Made by a program: the position numbers and the translations under genes. This document shows positions 25,392-35,947 of a stretch of DNA of 64,000 bases, one piece after another. The notes under the pieces were generated by a model. That model worked only from the letters and a program-made list of their open reading frames with translations. It was not told the DNA's origin and made no database searches. Where the stretch lies: NCBI GenBank assembly GCA_002269645.1, contig NIVC01000854.1, positions 1-64,000 of the forward strand, in the 5' to 3' direction. Source of the DNA: Macrostomum lignano. Its lineage: Eukaryota. The first letter of the stretch is position 1. Each line of letters opens with the position of its first letter.

Positions 25392-26234
25392 TTAAAGTTC
25401 AGTCTCAAGCAGCTGCTCAAATCCCTCAGTCACCACCCCAGCCGAACAGACTGCCAAGTCGGTCGGGTGAAGTCCCGTCCGCTCCGATGTCGCGCCAGCT
25501 CTTCGAATTCTCATTTCTGCGGTCTGGGCCGCGGTCGCCGAATCGGAACTTCGGCTAAGCAGAGACCGGAACTCCGCCCGGAAGTTCTCGTTAAACAGGC
25601 CGTAGAGCAGCGGGTTGAGGCAGGCGCTGGCAAGCACGCAGAGCAGGCAGACGGACTGCACGGTCGGGGCGGAGAAGTCCACTCGAACCGAGCTCAGTGA
25701 CTGCGCCTCGGCTAAGAAGCTGGAAATGGCGTGCGGTTGCTGCTGTTGCTGTTGTTGCTGCTGCAGTCTAGCCAGCCACAGCCGGGCATCCGTGACCAGA
25801 TTGATGCAGTTCAACGGCAGCCAAGAGATGCCGAAAAGTAAAGCAACGCCTACTAAAAGCAGATTCGCTTTGCGCTGCCGACGTTGCTCAGCCAGTCGAC
25901 CCCGAGTCAGTCGGCATTGCAACCGGCGTCGGATGCGTCTGTACACGCCGAGCAGGATGGCCAGCGGCAAGGCGTACTGCACCCCGACTGTGGCGGCGCT
26001 GTACGCCAGCTTTTTGGCGGCTGCCTCGGCGTGGCTCAGCGAACGCTCGGTGCAGACCAAGCCCTCGGCACGGCTGCTGCTGTCGGCTGGAGCTACGCTT
26101 GTATTGCGGACGAGCGCACCGAGCCAGAGAAGCGGGCTAGCCATCAGACCGGCCGTCAGCCAAGTCAGCGGGATGGCCAGGCGGGTATGGCGAGCGTCTA
26201 GGCCTGCTCGATTGGGTGTTGCCATGGTAACAGC
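25392..26234 (-). CDS. Neuropeptide Y/F-type class A GPCR, terminal exon (ICL2 to C-terminus, TM4-TM7); 5' exons not found
   Basis: Acceptor CCTGCAG| at 26234. TM5 YSAATVGVQYALPLAILLGVYRRI, TM6 RKANLLLVGVALLFGISWLPLN, TM7 CLLCVLASACLNPLLYGLFNENFRAEF; the NPxxYG.xN.NFR signature is typical of NPY-like receptors. Confidence 0.85.
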   Translation of the reverse strand, partial: AVTMATPNRAGLDARHTRLAIPLTWLTAGLMASPLLWLGALVRNTSVAPADSSSRAEGLVCTERSLSHAEAAAKKLAYSAATVGVQYALPLAILLGVYRRIRRRLQCRLTRGRLAEQRRQRKANLLLVGVALLFGISWLPLNCINLVTDARLWLARLQQQQQQQQQPHAISSFLAEAQSLSSVRVDFSAPTVQSVCLLCVLASACLNPLLYGLFNENFRAEFRSLLSRSSDSATAAQTAEMRIRRAGATSERTGLHPTDLAVCSAGVVTEGFEQLLETEL

Positions 26235-26274
26235 CTGCAGGAGTAGCGTTGGTTTCTCTCGATTTGATCAGTGC

Positions 26275-26940
26275 ATGGGAATCAGTGCCACATGCATCAG
26301 TGAGAATCAGTGAGAATCAGTGCCACAAGCATCAGTGAGAATCAGTGCCACAAGCATCAGTGAGAATCAGTGCCACAAGCATCAGTGAGAATCAGTGCCA
26401 CAAGCATCAGTGAGAATCAGTGCCACAAGCATCAGTGAGAATCAGTGAGAATCAGTGCCACATGCATCAGTGAGAATCAGTGCCACAAGCATCAGTGAGA
26501 ATCAGTGCCACAAGCATCAGTGAGAATCAGTGCCACAAGCATCAGTGAGAATCAGTGCCACAAGCATCAGTGAGAATCAGTGAGAATCAGTGCCACATGC
26601 ATCAGTGAGAATCAGTGCCACAAGCATCAGTGAGAATCAGTGCCACAAGCATCAGTGAGAATCAGTGCCACATGCATCAGTGAGAATCAGTGCCACATGC
26701 ATCAGTGAGAATCAGTGCCACAAGCATCAGTGAGAATCAGTGCCACAAGCGTCAGTGAGAATCAGTGCCACAAGCATCAGTGAGAATCAGTGCCACAAGC
26801 ATCAGTGAGAATCAGTGCCACAAGCATCAGTGAGAATCAGTGCCACAAGCATCAGTGAGAATCAGTGCCACAAGCATCAGTGAGAATCAGTGCCACAAGC
26901 ATCAGTGAGAATCAGTGCCACAAGCATCAGTGAGAATCAA
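26275..26940. repeat. 25 bp minisatellite
   Basis: Unit ATCAGTGAGAATCAGTGCCACAAGC with occasional 10 bp sub-unit duplications. Confidence 0.97.
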
Positions 26941-27187
26941 TGTTTTTAAGACAAGATTTAACTTTCGGGAGCGAATTAATAATAAAATCCTCTTTTCAAA
27001 TCTTGCCTTAAAAATCCGTAATCAATAGAACGAAATTAAGAATTTAAAGGCTTGAAGACCTCAAGTCATTTTCAGATCACGCAAAAAGCATGCAAGAATT
27101 ATTTTTTAAATAAGGCAATATTAACCATTAAATAAGCTCTGCCTCTGAACCAGTCCTTTAATTGCCCTCCAGGCCTCTTCTTATACT

Positions 27188-27874
27188 TTATTCAACACAC
27201 CGTGGCCTCCTCTCATCGTCAAACGGAAGCGATGACCCGTGGTGTCCTTCGGTGCCGTTTAGGCAGCGGTGGAACTCGATGATGGGCCTGATGCTGAATG
27301 GCTTCCGGTTCTGCGGGTTCGGCGATGAAGGATATCAAGGTTTTTCTCTGCGACTCCCAGATCCTCAGTTGCTGGGCCAGCCTCCCAGATCCTCAGTTGC
27401 TGGGCCAGCCTCCCAGATCCTCGGTTGCTGGGCCAGCCTCCCAGATCCTCGGTTGCTGGGCCAGCCTCCCAGATCCCCAGTTGCTGGGCCAGCCTCCCAG
27501 ATCCTCAGTTGCTGGGCCAGCCTCCCAGATCCTCAGTTGCTGGGCCAGCCTCCCAGGTCCTCAGTTGCTGGGCCAGCCTCCCAGATCCTCAGTTGCTGGG
27601 CCAGCCTCCCAGATCCTCAGTTGCTGGGCCAGCCTCCCAGATCCTCAGTTGCTGGGCCAGCCTCCCAGATCCTCAGTTGCTGGGCCAGCCTCCCAGGTCC
27701 TCAGTTGCTGGGCCAGCCTCCCAGATCCTCAGTCACTGGGCCAGCCTCCCAGGTCCCCAGTGCAAATCCAGTTACCTGCAGGTGCCGGTGGCAGGGGGAA
27801 TTGTTGCCGACGTGAATCATCCATGAAAAATGTTCTGTGGCAGCGCTCTGCCCATCGTCGCCGCTTCGGACCAT
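27188..27874 (-). CDS. Putative 2-exon orphan gene, 73 aa, His/Cys/Arg-rich
   Basis: Exons 27874-27776 (ATG..CAG|GTAACT) and 27310-27188 (CCCGCAG|, phase 0). Product MVRSGDDGQSAATEHFSWMIHVGNNSPCHRHLQNRKPFSIRPIIEFHRCLNGTEGHHGSSLPFDDERRPRCVE*. Third positions GC-rich; the stop overlaps AATAAA; two CCAAT boxes at ~27990-28016. Confidence 0.5.
27355..27760. repeat. 28 bp minisatellite
   Basis: Unit AGATCCTCAGTTGCTGGGCCAGCCTCCC. Confidence 0.97.
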
Positions 27875-28021
27875 TGTGCTTTTTTATTTGAATTTTTGTC
27901 GTTGAAAGCAAAAAAAAGGATTGAAGAAGCAAAACAGAGACAGACTGCTAAGCGCTATTTTAAGTATGCTTTTTTCAGGCTAGAGCTCATTGGCTCAGCT
28001 TTGTGTAGGCGATTGGTTGGG

Positions 28022-28166
28022 AGTCAGCCAGTCAGTCAGTCAGTCAGTCAGTCAGTCAGTCAGTCAGTCAGCCAGTCAGTCAGTCAGTCAGTCAGTCAGT
28101 CAGTCAGTCAGTCAGTCAGTCAGTCAGTCAGTCAGTCAGTCAGTCAGTCAGTCAGTCAGTCAGTCA

Positions 28167-28209
<43 letters not shown>

Positions 28210-28238
28210 AGTCAGTCAGTCAGTCAGTCAGTCAGTCA

Positions 28239-28281
<43 letters not shown>

Positions 28282-28427
28282 AGTCAGTCAGTCAGTCAGT
28301 CAGCCAGCCAGCCAATCAGTCAGTCAGTCAGTCAGTCAGTCAGTCAGTCAGTCAGTCAGTCAGTCAGTCACCCACTCACTCAAGTCAGTCAGTCAGTCAG
28401 TCAGCCAGTCTGTCAGTCAGTCAGCCA

Positions 28428-28468
<41 letters not shown>

Positions 28469-28511
28469 CCAGTCAGTCAGTCAGTCAGTCAGTCAGTCAG
28501 TCAGTCAGTCA

Positions 28512-28594
<83 letters not shown>

Positions 28595-28921
28595 AGTCAG
28601 TCAGTCAGTCAGTCAGTCAGTCAGTCAGTCAGTCAGTCAGTCAGTCAGTCAGTCAGTCAGTCACCCACTCACTCAAGTCAGTCAGTCAGTCAGTCAGTCA
28701 GTCAGTCAGTCAGTCAGTCAGTCAGTCAGTCAGTCAGTCAGTCAGTCAGTCAGTCAGTCAGTCAGTCAGTCAGTCAGTCAGTCAGTCAGTCAGTCAGTCA
28801 GTCAGTCAGTCAGTCAGTCAGTCAGTCAGTCAGTCAGTCAGTCAGTCAGTCAGTCAGTCAGTCAGTCAGTCAGTCAGTCAGTCAGTCAGTCAGTCAGTCA
28901 GTCAGTCAGTCAGTCAGTAAT

Positions 28922-28955
<34 letters not shown>

Positions 28956-29070
28956 AGTCAGTCAGCCAGTCAGTCAGTCAGTCAGTCAGTCAGTCAGTCA
29001 GTCAGTCAGTCAGTCAGTCAGTCAGTCAGTCAGTCAGTCAGTCAGTCAGTCAGTCAGTCAGTCAGTCAGT
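28022..29070. repeat. (CAGT)n microsatellite, ~1 kb
   Basis: Direct reading; source of the SQSV ORFs. Confidence 0.99.
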
Positions 29071-29517
29071 CCAAAGCTCTACTCTGCCAAAAAAGTTCGG
29101 TCAAAATAATTGCTGTCAGCAGTCTTTTTGAGAAGAAATGGGAATTTTTCTTTGCAGAATATTTTTTACCCAAGAAATATAATCCCTAAGAAATTGATTG
29201 ATGTGCGACAACCCCCAACTGCAGTACACCGGATGCAAGAGTCTAGGGATCCCTGCTTATTAATGCTTGGCCCTGCGGCATGGATTCTCAATTCGTATTG
29301 ATTTGCTGCAGCCCCCGGGCCGCATGATTTTAGAGGAAAACTTTGCGTCAAAACTTGCTAGGATCTGATCAATACATATTGCTAATACTGCACTGACCAC
29401 TGTGTTGACATTTTCGTCTGCGATTCCTAAAAGTACAGAATTGGACCGGAAATTAAGCAGTGCACAGAGCTTTTCGTTACGGGATTTTAAACTTAACGTT
29501 TCTGGACACCCAATCTC

Positions 29518-29940
29518 TCACTCACTCACTCACTCACTCACTCACTAACTCACTCACTCACTCACTCACTCACTAACTCACGCACTCACTCACTCACTCA
29601 CTCACTCACTCACTCACTCACTCACTCACTCACTCACTCACTCACTCACTCACTCACTCACTCACTCACTCACTCACTCACTCACTCACTCACTCACTCA
29701 CTCACTCACTCACTCACTCACTCACTCACGCACTCACTCACTCACTAACTCACTCACTCACTCACTCACTCACTAACTCACGCACTCACTCACTCACTCA
29801 CTCACTCACTCACTCACGCACTCACGCACTCACTCACTCACTCACTCACTCACTCACTCACTCACTCACTCACTCACTCACTCACTCACTCACGCACTCA
29901 CGCACTCACTCACTCACTCACTCACTCACTCACTCACTCA
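29518..29940. repeat. (CACT)n microsatellite
   Basis: Direct reading. Confidence 0.98.
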
Positions 29941-30141
29941 TTAACATATTCAGTGCTGAGTGTTGAGATATTGTCAATTTAGTGCTGGAGATTGAACACT
30001 CTTGCTGTTGTTCAGACCTGAAAGGAAAAATAGAAGCCTTCATTAACCTTTAGTTTCGAAGGGGCTTCCCAGAGTATAAATAACAGGTTATGGGTCTCCG
30101 CGATTTAGGGTTTCCGGTTACCGATCTCCCCAATATTTAAG

Positions 30142-30900
30142 TATTGGGGGGTTCAAAAAGTTTGTCGTCTGTATATTCAAACAAAGAATGCTGGGACAAG
30201 GCTACATTATTTTTCAACATAATCTCCTTGGCGATCAATACACTTCTGCCAACGGTCGTGCAGCTCTTGGATGCCGCTGGTGTAGAAGGTTACCGTCTGG
30301 TCCTCCAGCCACTGGTTCACGAGGGCGATGACCTCCTCATTGGACTCAAAATGGCGCCCTCGGAGTGGCTTCTTCAGCTGGCGGAACAAGTAGAAATACG
30401 AAGGGGCCAGGTCTGGTGAATAGGCAGGATGGGGCAGAATTTCAAATCCTACAGTGGTGGCAGCATTCACTGCAACTTGGGCTGTGTGAGCAGGAGCATT
30501 GTCATGAAGCAGCAGTTGGCGAGCACTCAACTTGCCTCGCATCTTCCCGACAACTGCTTGACACAGTGTGCCCCACTGGCAGGTACTCAGCAAGCAGCAT
30601 CCCCTGACAATCCCAAAAGAAGCAGCCCAAGACCTTGTCAGCCGCCGCATGGAGTCACGCTAAGCTCAGGGTCGTAGTGGTGTAGCCAGCACTGGTGTAG
30701 TGGTGTTCACTCTCCTCAACTGAGCCAATTGGGATGCCAACAGTGTGGCAATGCTGGCAACTCAAATTCGCCGATCTTCATCCAGGAGCTTGGCAACTGC
30801 ATCAACTTTCTCCTCTCTTCGAGGGTCACCCTGCCTCGCTTAAATTCAGTATGGTGCCTCTCAATTGTGCGTAGAGAGGGGTCAAGTTGTGGGGTACACA
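30142..30900 (-). mobile_element. Mariner (Tc1/mariner) transposase relic, internally deleted
   Basis: LLHDNAPAHT, ILPHPAYSPDLAPSYFYLF (catalytic D appears replaced by Y), C-terminal GI.EL..RWQKCI...GDYVEK*; upstream pieces FKRGR and WLHHYDPE with deletions; possible TIR end TA|TTGGGGGGTTCAAAAAGTTT at 30142; partner TIR not found. Confidence 0.9.
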
Positions 30901-31623
30901 GACTTGATCTCTAATTCGATTGCTGGTGGCTTTAATCCTTTTAAGGTAACAAATTTAATGAGAGCTCAATGCTCCTGTTTCTCCATTTTGCTAAAAATTC
31001 AGGGGGTGCTTTGAGTTCTTGCTGAAAAAATGACTTCAAAAACTGATGAAAGGTTGAACATCTGCCATAAACGATCTATATAAAAGTACTATTCTGAACC
31101 AAAAAAGTTTCATGAAAAGATTATGTGATTTGGCCAAACGACAAGTAGCAAGTAGCAGGCTCTATGGCCACTTGTACACTATAGATAGATAGGCTAATTG
31201 GGAATTTTTTCGCAAGCTTCATAGGCTGTTCACGTGCTAGGAGCTCATAAAATGGAGCCCGAGTAACCTGTCATTCTGCTCACAGTGACAACAGGAAGCT
31301 ACTCGTAGATTTGGCAAATAAGCGGCAAAAAATGGACCTGGGATAGGAGAGAACAAGCAAGGAGATAATTAGGGACTCCACCTTGTGAGCTTAAGTTTAT
31401 ATATTAGTCCGGCGGTGTACGAGTATAATACACTGGCGTTTGTGTCTGCTGGCGCCTTTTTGATGGCGTTGGTTTTGCAGTTTTTTTTCTCCCCAGTTCT
31501 TGGTCTGCACTTCTAGTCGGGGTTGCAGCAGCATCCTTGAAATGTTTTAAAACGTAATTGAAGCAGTTATCAATGATTCATCTCTCATTGTCGGTCCAGC
31601 GCGCTCAATCAGACAGCCGCTTC

Positions 31624-31850
31624 GATTTGAAGGCTGCGTACGGCTGTTCAGTCCAAGGACTGGGGGGTCGCCACACACAGCCCCAATTACCCCAGCTAAA
31701 GCTGGCACCCATTTTACAGGTGGGCGAACTGAAGCAATGCGGAGTTAAGTGTCTTGCTCAAGGACACAAACTGTTCCGAGTGGGTCGAGAATCGAACTCC
31801 CGACCTTCAAGTCGTGAATCCGACGTCCTAACAACTACGCTACAGCCCCC
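31624..31850 (-). mobile_element. tRNA-headed SINE with CORE(MIR)-like centre (family A), copy 1
   Basis: Minus strand GGGGCTGTAGCGTAG..GGAGTTCGATTC (A/B-box-like), then GTGTCCTTGAGCAAGACACTTAACTC..CTGTAAAATGGG; homologous copies at 40623-40848 and 41931-42157. Confidence 0.8.
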
Positions 31851-31975
31851 TACAACAGGTTAAAAATAATATTAATAATTTCAGGCTGCAGGCAGTTGTG
31901 CGCGGGCAATTGTCGTGCTACCGACATGTTGAGAGCAGGTTGAGCTTCAAACACTCAGATACTTCAGAGGGAACT

Positions 31976-32619
31976 GGTTACTTCGGTGACAGTCAGTTCG
32001 GTGATAAATGTGTCGAGCCAATGCGAATGGTTCAATAAGATATTTTCGTAAAAAACCTTTTCGTCCAAAATTTAAAATGGATTTTGAATTTAGTTTAAAA
32101 TAGTTTTCTTAGTAATTACTGTATTTCAATGTCCAAGTTAAGATACAAAATATAGGGCAAAATATATCCTCTAAGGGACATTACAATTTTTTGTTTAAGT
32201 GAAGGGTTTCTAAAAAATAAACATGAAAAATAAATCTAACCCTTAATTAATCTAACTTAATTTTTCCTTTACATCTATGCTTGGCATGGACACAGTATTT
32301 TATATTTCATTTTGTAAGCTTTCGACAAGTTGTGTTTTTGACGAAATAAGAAAGCGTAAAAGTAAATATAGCATGTTTCTGAGAAGCACTTTGCTTTGAA
32401 AAGAAATCTTAAAAATTAAAATATACGTTCTTTTTCTTAGAAACACGTCACATTAAACAAGCAGTATACTTCCTTTTCGAAACTGACCTATTTAAGCAAG
32501 GCATCAAATTACTAGTGACTAATCTAGAGTCACTCGTAATCTATAATCTATTTCAGTTTTAAATGTGAAATTATGCACACATTATTTCTGTCACCGAACT
32601 GACTGTCACCGAAGTAACC
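31976..32619. mobile_element. MITE-like non-autonomous element
   Basis: Inverted ends GGTTACTTCGGTGACAGTCAGTTCGGTGA (31976) and its reverse complement ending 32619, around an AT-rich non-coding interior. Confidence 0.75.
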
Positions 32620-32953
32620 GTAATTCACTTCAGATGCCTACCTTACTGAAAAGATCTTAGTTTTGCTCTGTTTTTTCACAAATTTAATTTCGAGCTGCTG
32701 TAGCCACAGCTGAGTTCATGCCTGCACAGAGTCAACATGATTCAGTCACGGGGGTCTCCCGTGTTTACAAATCTCTCTCATCGAGTTGTGCATGCAGGCA
32801 AACAGGAAGAGCCTTCTACCAATCTAACGCACTGAATAAGCCACTCTCACTCTGGCCTAATAGCCATATTGGCTTGGGTAAGATTAGTTTAATCTGCAAT
32901 CAATCAAACTAATATTGACTGAAGTTTGCTGGCTCATGCGGATACCATATGGC

Positions 32954-32961
32954 TATATAAG
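32954..32961 (+). promoter_or_regulatory. Candidate TATA box of the orphan GPCR
   Basis: TATATAAG ~40 bp upstream of ATG 32996. Confidence 0.4.
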
Positions 32962-32995
32962 TCGAAAACGTTTCACTCAAGTCATCCCGGACACA

Positions 32996-34914
32996 ATGTC
33001 CTCCGTATCGTCTCCACTGTCAGTGCTATCTGACACCGAGAGAAGTCTGCGAATAGCGATTGGCATCGCACAGCTGCCAGTCCTTCTGCTTGGCCTCTGC
33101 CTCAACTGCCTGCTGATTGCCTATTCGATGCGGTGCAAAATTGGCACCGCAATTTGCACCGTTTTGATGCGAGCCAACGCTGCGTTTGACATTGGAGTGA
33201 TGCTGACACACCTGGTCACAGTGCAGCTGCCGCTGGTGCCGAGACCGCATCCTGCCGCTGAGCTGGCGCTGTGGCAAATCTACTGCACTGTTGTGTACAG
33301 CCAGATGACCTTCTGGCTGTTTGTGAACGCCAGCACGTACTGTTTAGTCGGCTTGTCAATTGAACGATGCGTCTGCTTGGGTGCCCCGTTCTGGTACCGC
33401 CTGCACTGGCGCAGACTGCGGCTGCTGCTGGTTGCCCTGCCAGCTGCATCCAGCCTGCCTGTGAACCTGCCGTTCTCCCTCATCAGCACCTCCGCTGTGC
33501 CTTCGCTGGCTGAGAGGGCCGCTGCCAATGCAACTCCTGGCTACAAGTGAGTAAGTTCCGCCGGCTCGACTGAGCAGTCATACGCACAGGCACACACTTA
33601 GACAGGAGTGTACAGCCGGCCCTGACTTTATCATTCGTTAGGCATGTATACTTCATTGTGCCTTGGGGTTGGCCCTCACTGTGCCCTGGGGTTGGCCCTC
33701 ACTGTGCCTTGGGGTTGGCCCTCACTGTACCTTGGGGTTGGCCCTCACTGTACCTTGGGGTTGGCCCTCACTGTGCCTTGGGGTTGGCCCTCACTGTACC
33801 TTGGGGTTGGCCCTCAAGGGCAGGGGGTAAATTCCACGAGCAGAGCCAAGCCGAGATTCCAATTTAGCCCCAAATCAATTTGACTGCACTTGGAATCGAG
33901 CCTGGGCCGCTGGCACATCAGAGAGCTGTGCGAGACCCCGTGGGCTACGGCCCCCCCCCCCAGACGAGTGAATTGATGATTGAGCGAGTGAGTTCTTGAT
34001 TTATCAAGCTTTTGAGTGACTTTTTGAGTAAGTTAATGATTAAGCTCATAGGTGAGTTTTCATCAGTGAATTCAAGAGTGAGGTTATGAGTTTATTAATA
34101 AGTTTATGAATCAGTGAGTTGTTCATGAGTGAGTTCATGGGTGAATTCATGAGTGAGTTCATGAGTGAATTCATGAGTGAGTTCATGAGTGAGTTCATGA
34201 GTGAGTTCATGAGTGAGTTCATGAGTGAGTTCATAATGAGTGAGTTCATGAGTGAGTTCATGAGTGAGTTCATGAGTGAGTTCATGAGTGAGTTCATGAG
34301 TGAGTTCATGAGTGAGTTCGTGATTTCACAACTTCATAACGGGGTGAATATAACGATATTCAAGCTCCTTTCCCATGTACATGATGTGACCAATGTTCCA
34401 TCGAAAACTCCCGACCAGATGCGTCGCATTCAGCGCCCCGACGCCGCTGTTGACGGCTTTCGGCGTGGCAAACTTCCTCACAATCTGGCTAATGCCCCTG
34501 ACTGTTATGCTGGCCACCTATGCCATCACCCTGACCGTTTTGCGTCGCAGCGTTGACAATCAGCCAGTAGAATTGGCTGCTGCAGCGTCTGTAAACGAAC
34601 GTCGTTTAAGCATCGTTTCCAAAGCAACCAGGCGGCTTACGAAAGCCATAGCGGCCTCGTGCTGCTTGTACACCCTGCTGCACAGCCTCAGTGCTGTCAG
34701 CTTCATCTGGCGCAATCTGAACAACTCAGACCTGCCGCTGACTGGCAGCCCGGGTATCGACAGCCTGTTGGCCAGGCTGTTCTATCCGATGCTCGTGGCT
34801 TTGAATAGCATCACTAATCCTCTGCTGTTTATTCTGTTGCTGCCAGAGTTTCGTAAATTTGCGAATTGTCAGCTCGGCTGTTGTAGGATTACTGGTAGCG
34901 GTCGCGATGGCTAA
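32996..34914 (+). CDS. Orphan class A (rhodopsin-like) GPCR, 2 exons, 348 aa
   Basis: Exons 32996-33546 (AA|GTGAGT) and 34419-34914 (CCAG|A), phase 2; the splice restores the ECL2 Cys (GYKC). TM1 GLCLN, TM2 D, TM3 C..STYCLVGLSIERC, TM5 WLMPLTVMLATY, TM7 NSITNPLLFILL. Confidence 0.85.
33609..33912 (-). mobile_element. Family B dispersed repeat with an internal 25 bp tandem amplification (33655-33815)
   Basis: Same ends as 16369-16497, but the GGGGTTGGCCCTCACTGT(G/A)CC(T/C)T unit is repeated ~7 times. Confidence 0.7.
34100..34322. repeat. 12 bp minisatellite in the GPCR intron
   Basis: Unit GAGTGAGTTCAT. Confidence 0.97.
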
Positions 34915-35054
34915 AATGTTTACTGCAGATTTGATTAATGTATTTAATTTAAATAACAGTGTGGTGTTAATGAACGGTTTTATACGCAACTCAGCCAAAT
35001 GACGTCGTTAAAATGCTTTATACACACTACGTCATCTTTTAAATTCTTTCTTTA

Positions 35055-35380
35055 CCTCGCTTCTCCGTCTCTGATTGACTGGCGCAGGCTCATTTCGTCA
35101 CCGTCCCTTTTCTCTCTCTGCCTCGATTCTCCGTCTCTGGTTGGCTGGCGCAGGGGTGGGCGGCTCATTTCTTCACTGTCCCTTTCTCTCTCTGCTTCGA
35201 TTCTCCGTCTCTGGTTGGCTGGCGCAGGGGTGGGGCAGCTCATTTCGTCACTGTCCCTTTCTCTCTCTCTGCTTCGATTCTCCGTCTCTGGTTGGCTGGC
35301 GCAGGGGTGGGGCAGCTCATTTCGTCACTGTCCCTTTCTCTCTCTGCTTCGATTCTCCGTCTCTGGTTGGCTGACAGATT
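35055..35380. repeat. ~72 bp tandem repeat, ~4.5 copies
   Basis: CTTCGATTCTCCGTCTCTGGTTGGCTGGCGCAGGGGTGGG recurs. Confidence 0.9.
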
Positions 35381-35947
35381 AAGCTAACCCTCTCTTTCTA
35401 ACCCTTTCTACTGTAAATGTGCTTTTACTACTTGATTTTTAGGGCAAACAGAATTGATTGTCTACTACAGCTGAACGTTCGAATAAAACAAAAACAGAAA
35501 GACTACAGAAATAAAGCAACATTTTTCATTTCAAAAATTATTTTATTTATTTATTTATTATAAATAAATTTTATTACTTTTTGAGTGGGTAGCATAGCTA
35601 AATACTTACTAAAGGATTGAAGAATAATATCAAAACAGTCCTATTAACCTAGTAAATACTGATACCAGCAAACTAAAGAATTTACGATAAAGATTACGTA
35701 TCATGGATTAGGACTAACAAGGCAGAAGTACGAGTATTTAATGTAAATAAAAATGTTCTTAGCGACTACATAATTTCTAGCAGTATTGTAAAATTTGGGG
35801 CAGTTTAGGAAAAACGTGTATATTGTTTTGTTACTAGAAGTATGGATAATGAATATAAAAAAAACATAAATTTTGTTAATTACTCAATCAATAGTTGATA
35901 ATGTTTTGTTTTAATCCGAAATCGAATCTTAGCTCAGTTAGGCTTAG

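Noticed and set aside
25615-26313. 232 aa plus-strand ORF with poly-Cys
   Set aside because: Antisense shadow of the GPCR exon; poly-Cys mirrors the CAG/CAA Gln tract
27830-29189. 433 and 399 aa SQSV-repeat ORFs
   Set aside because: Translation of a (CAGT)n microsatellite, with no flanking coding signal
31770-31850. tRNA genes (also 41931-42000)
   Set aside because: Only tRNA-like heads with A/B boxes fused to a shared SINE body; no complete cloverleaf acceptor stem seen
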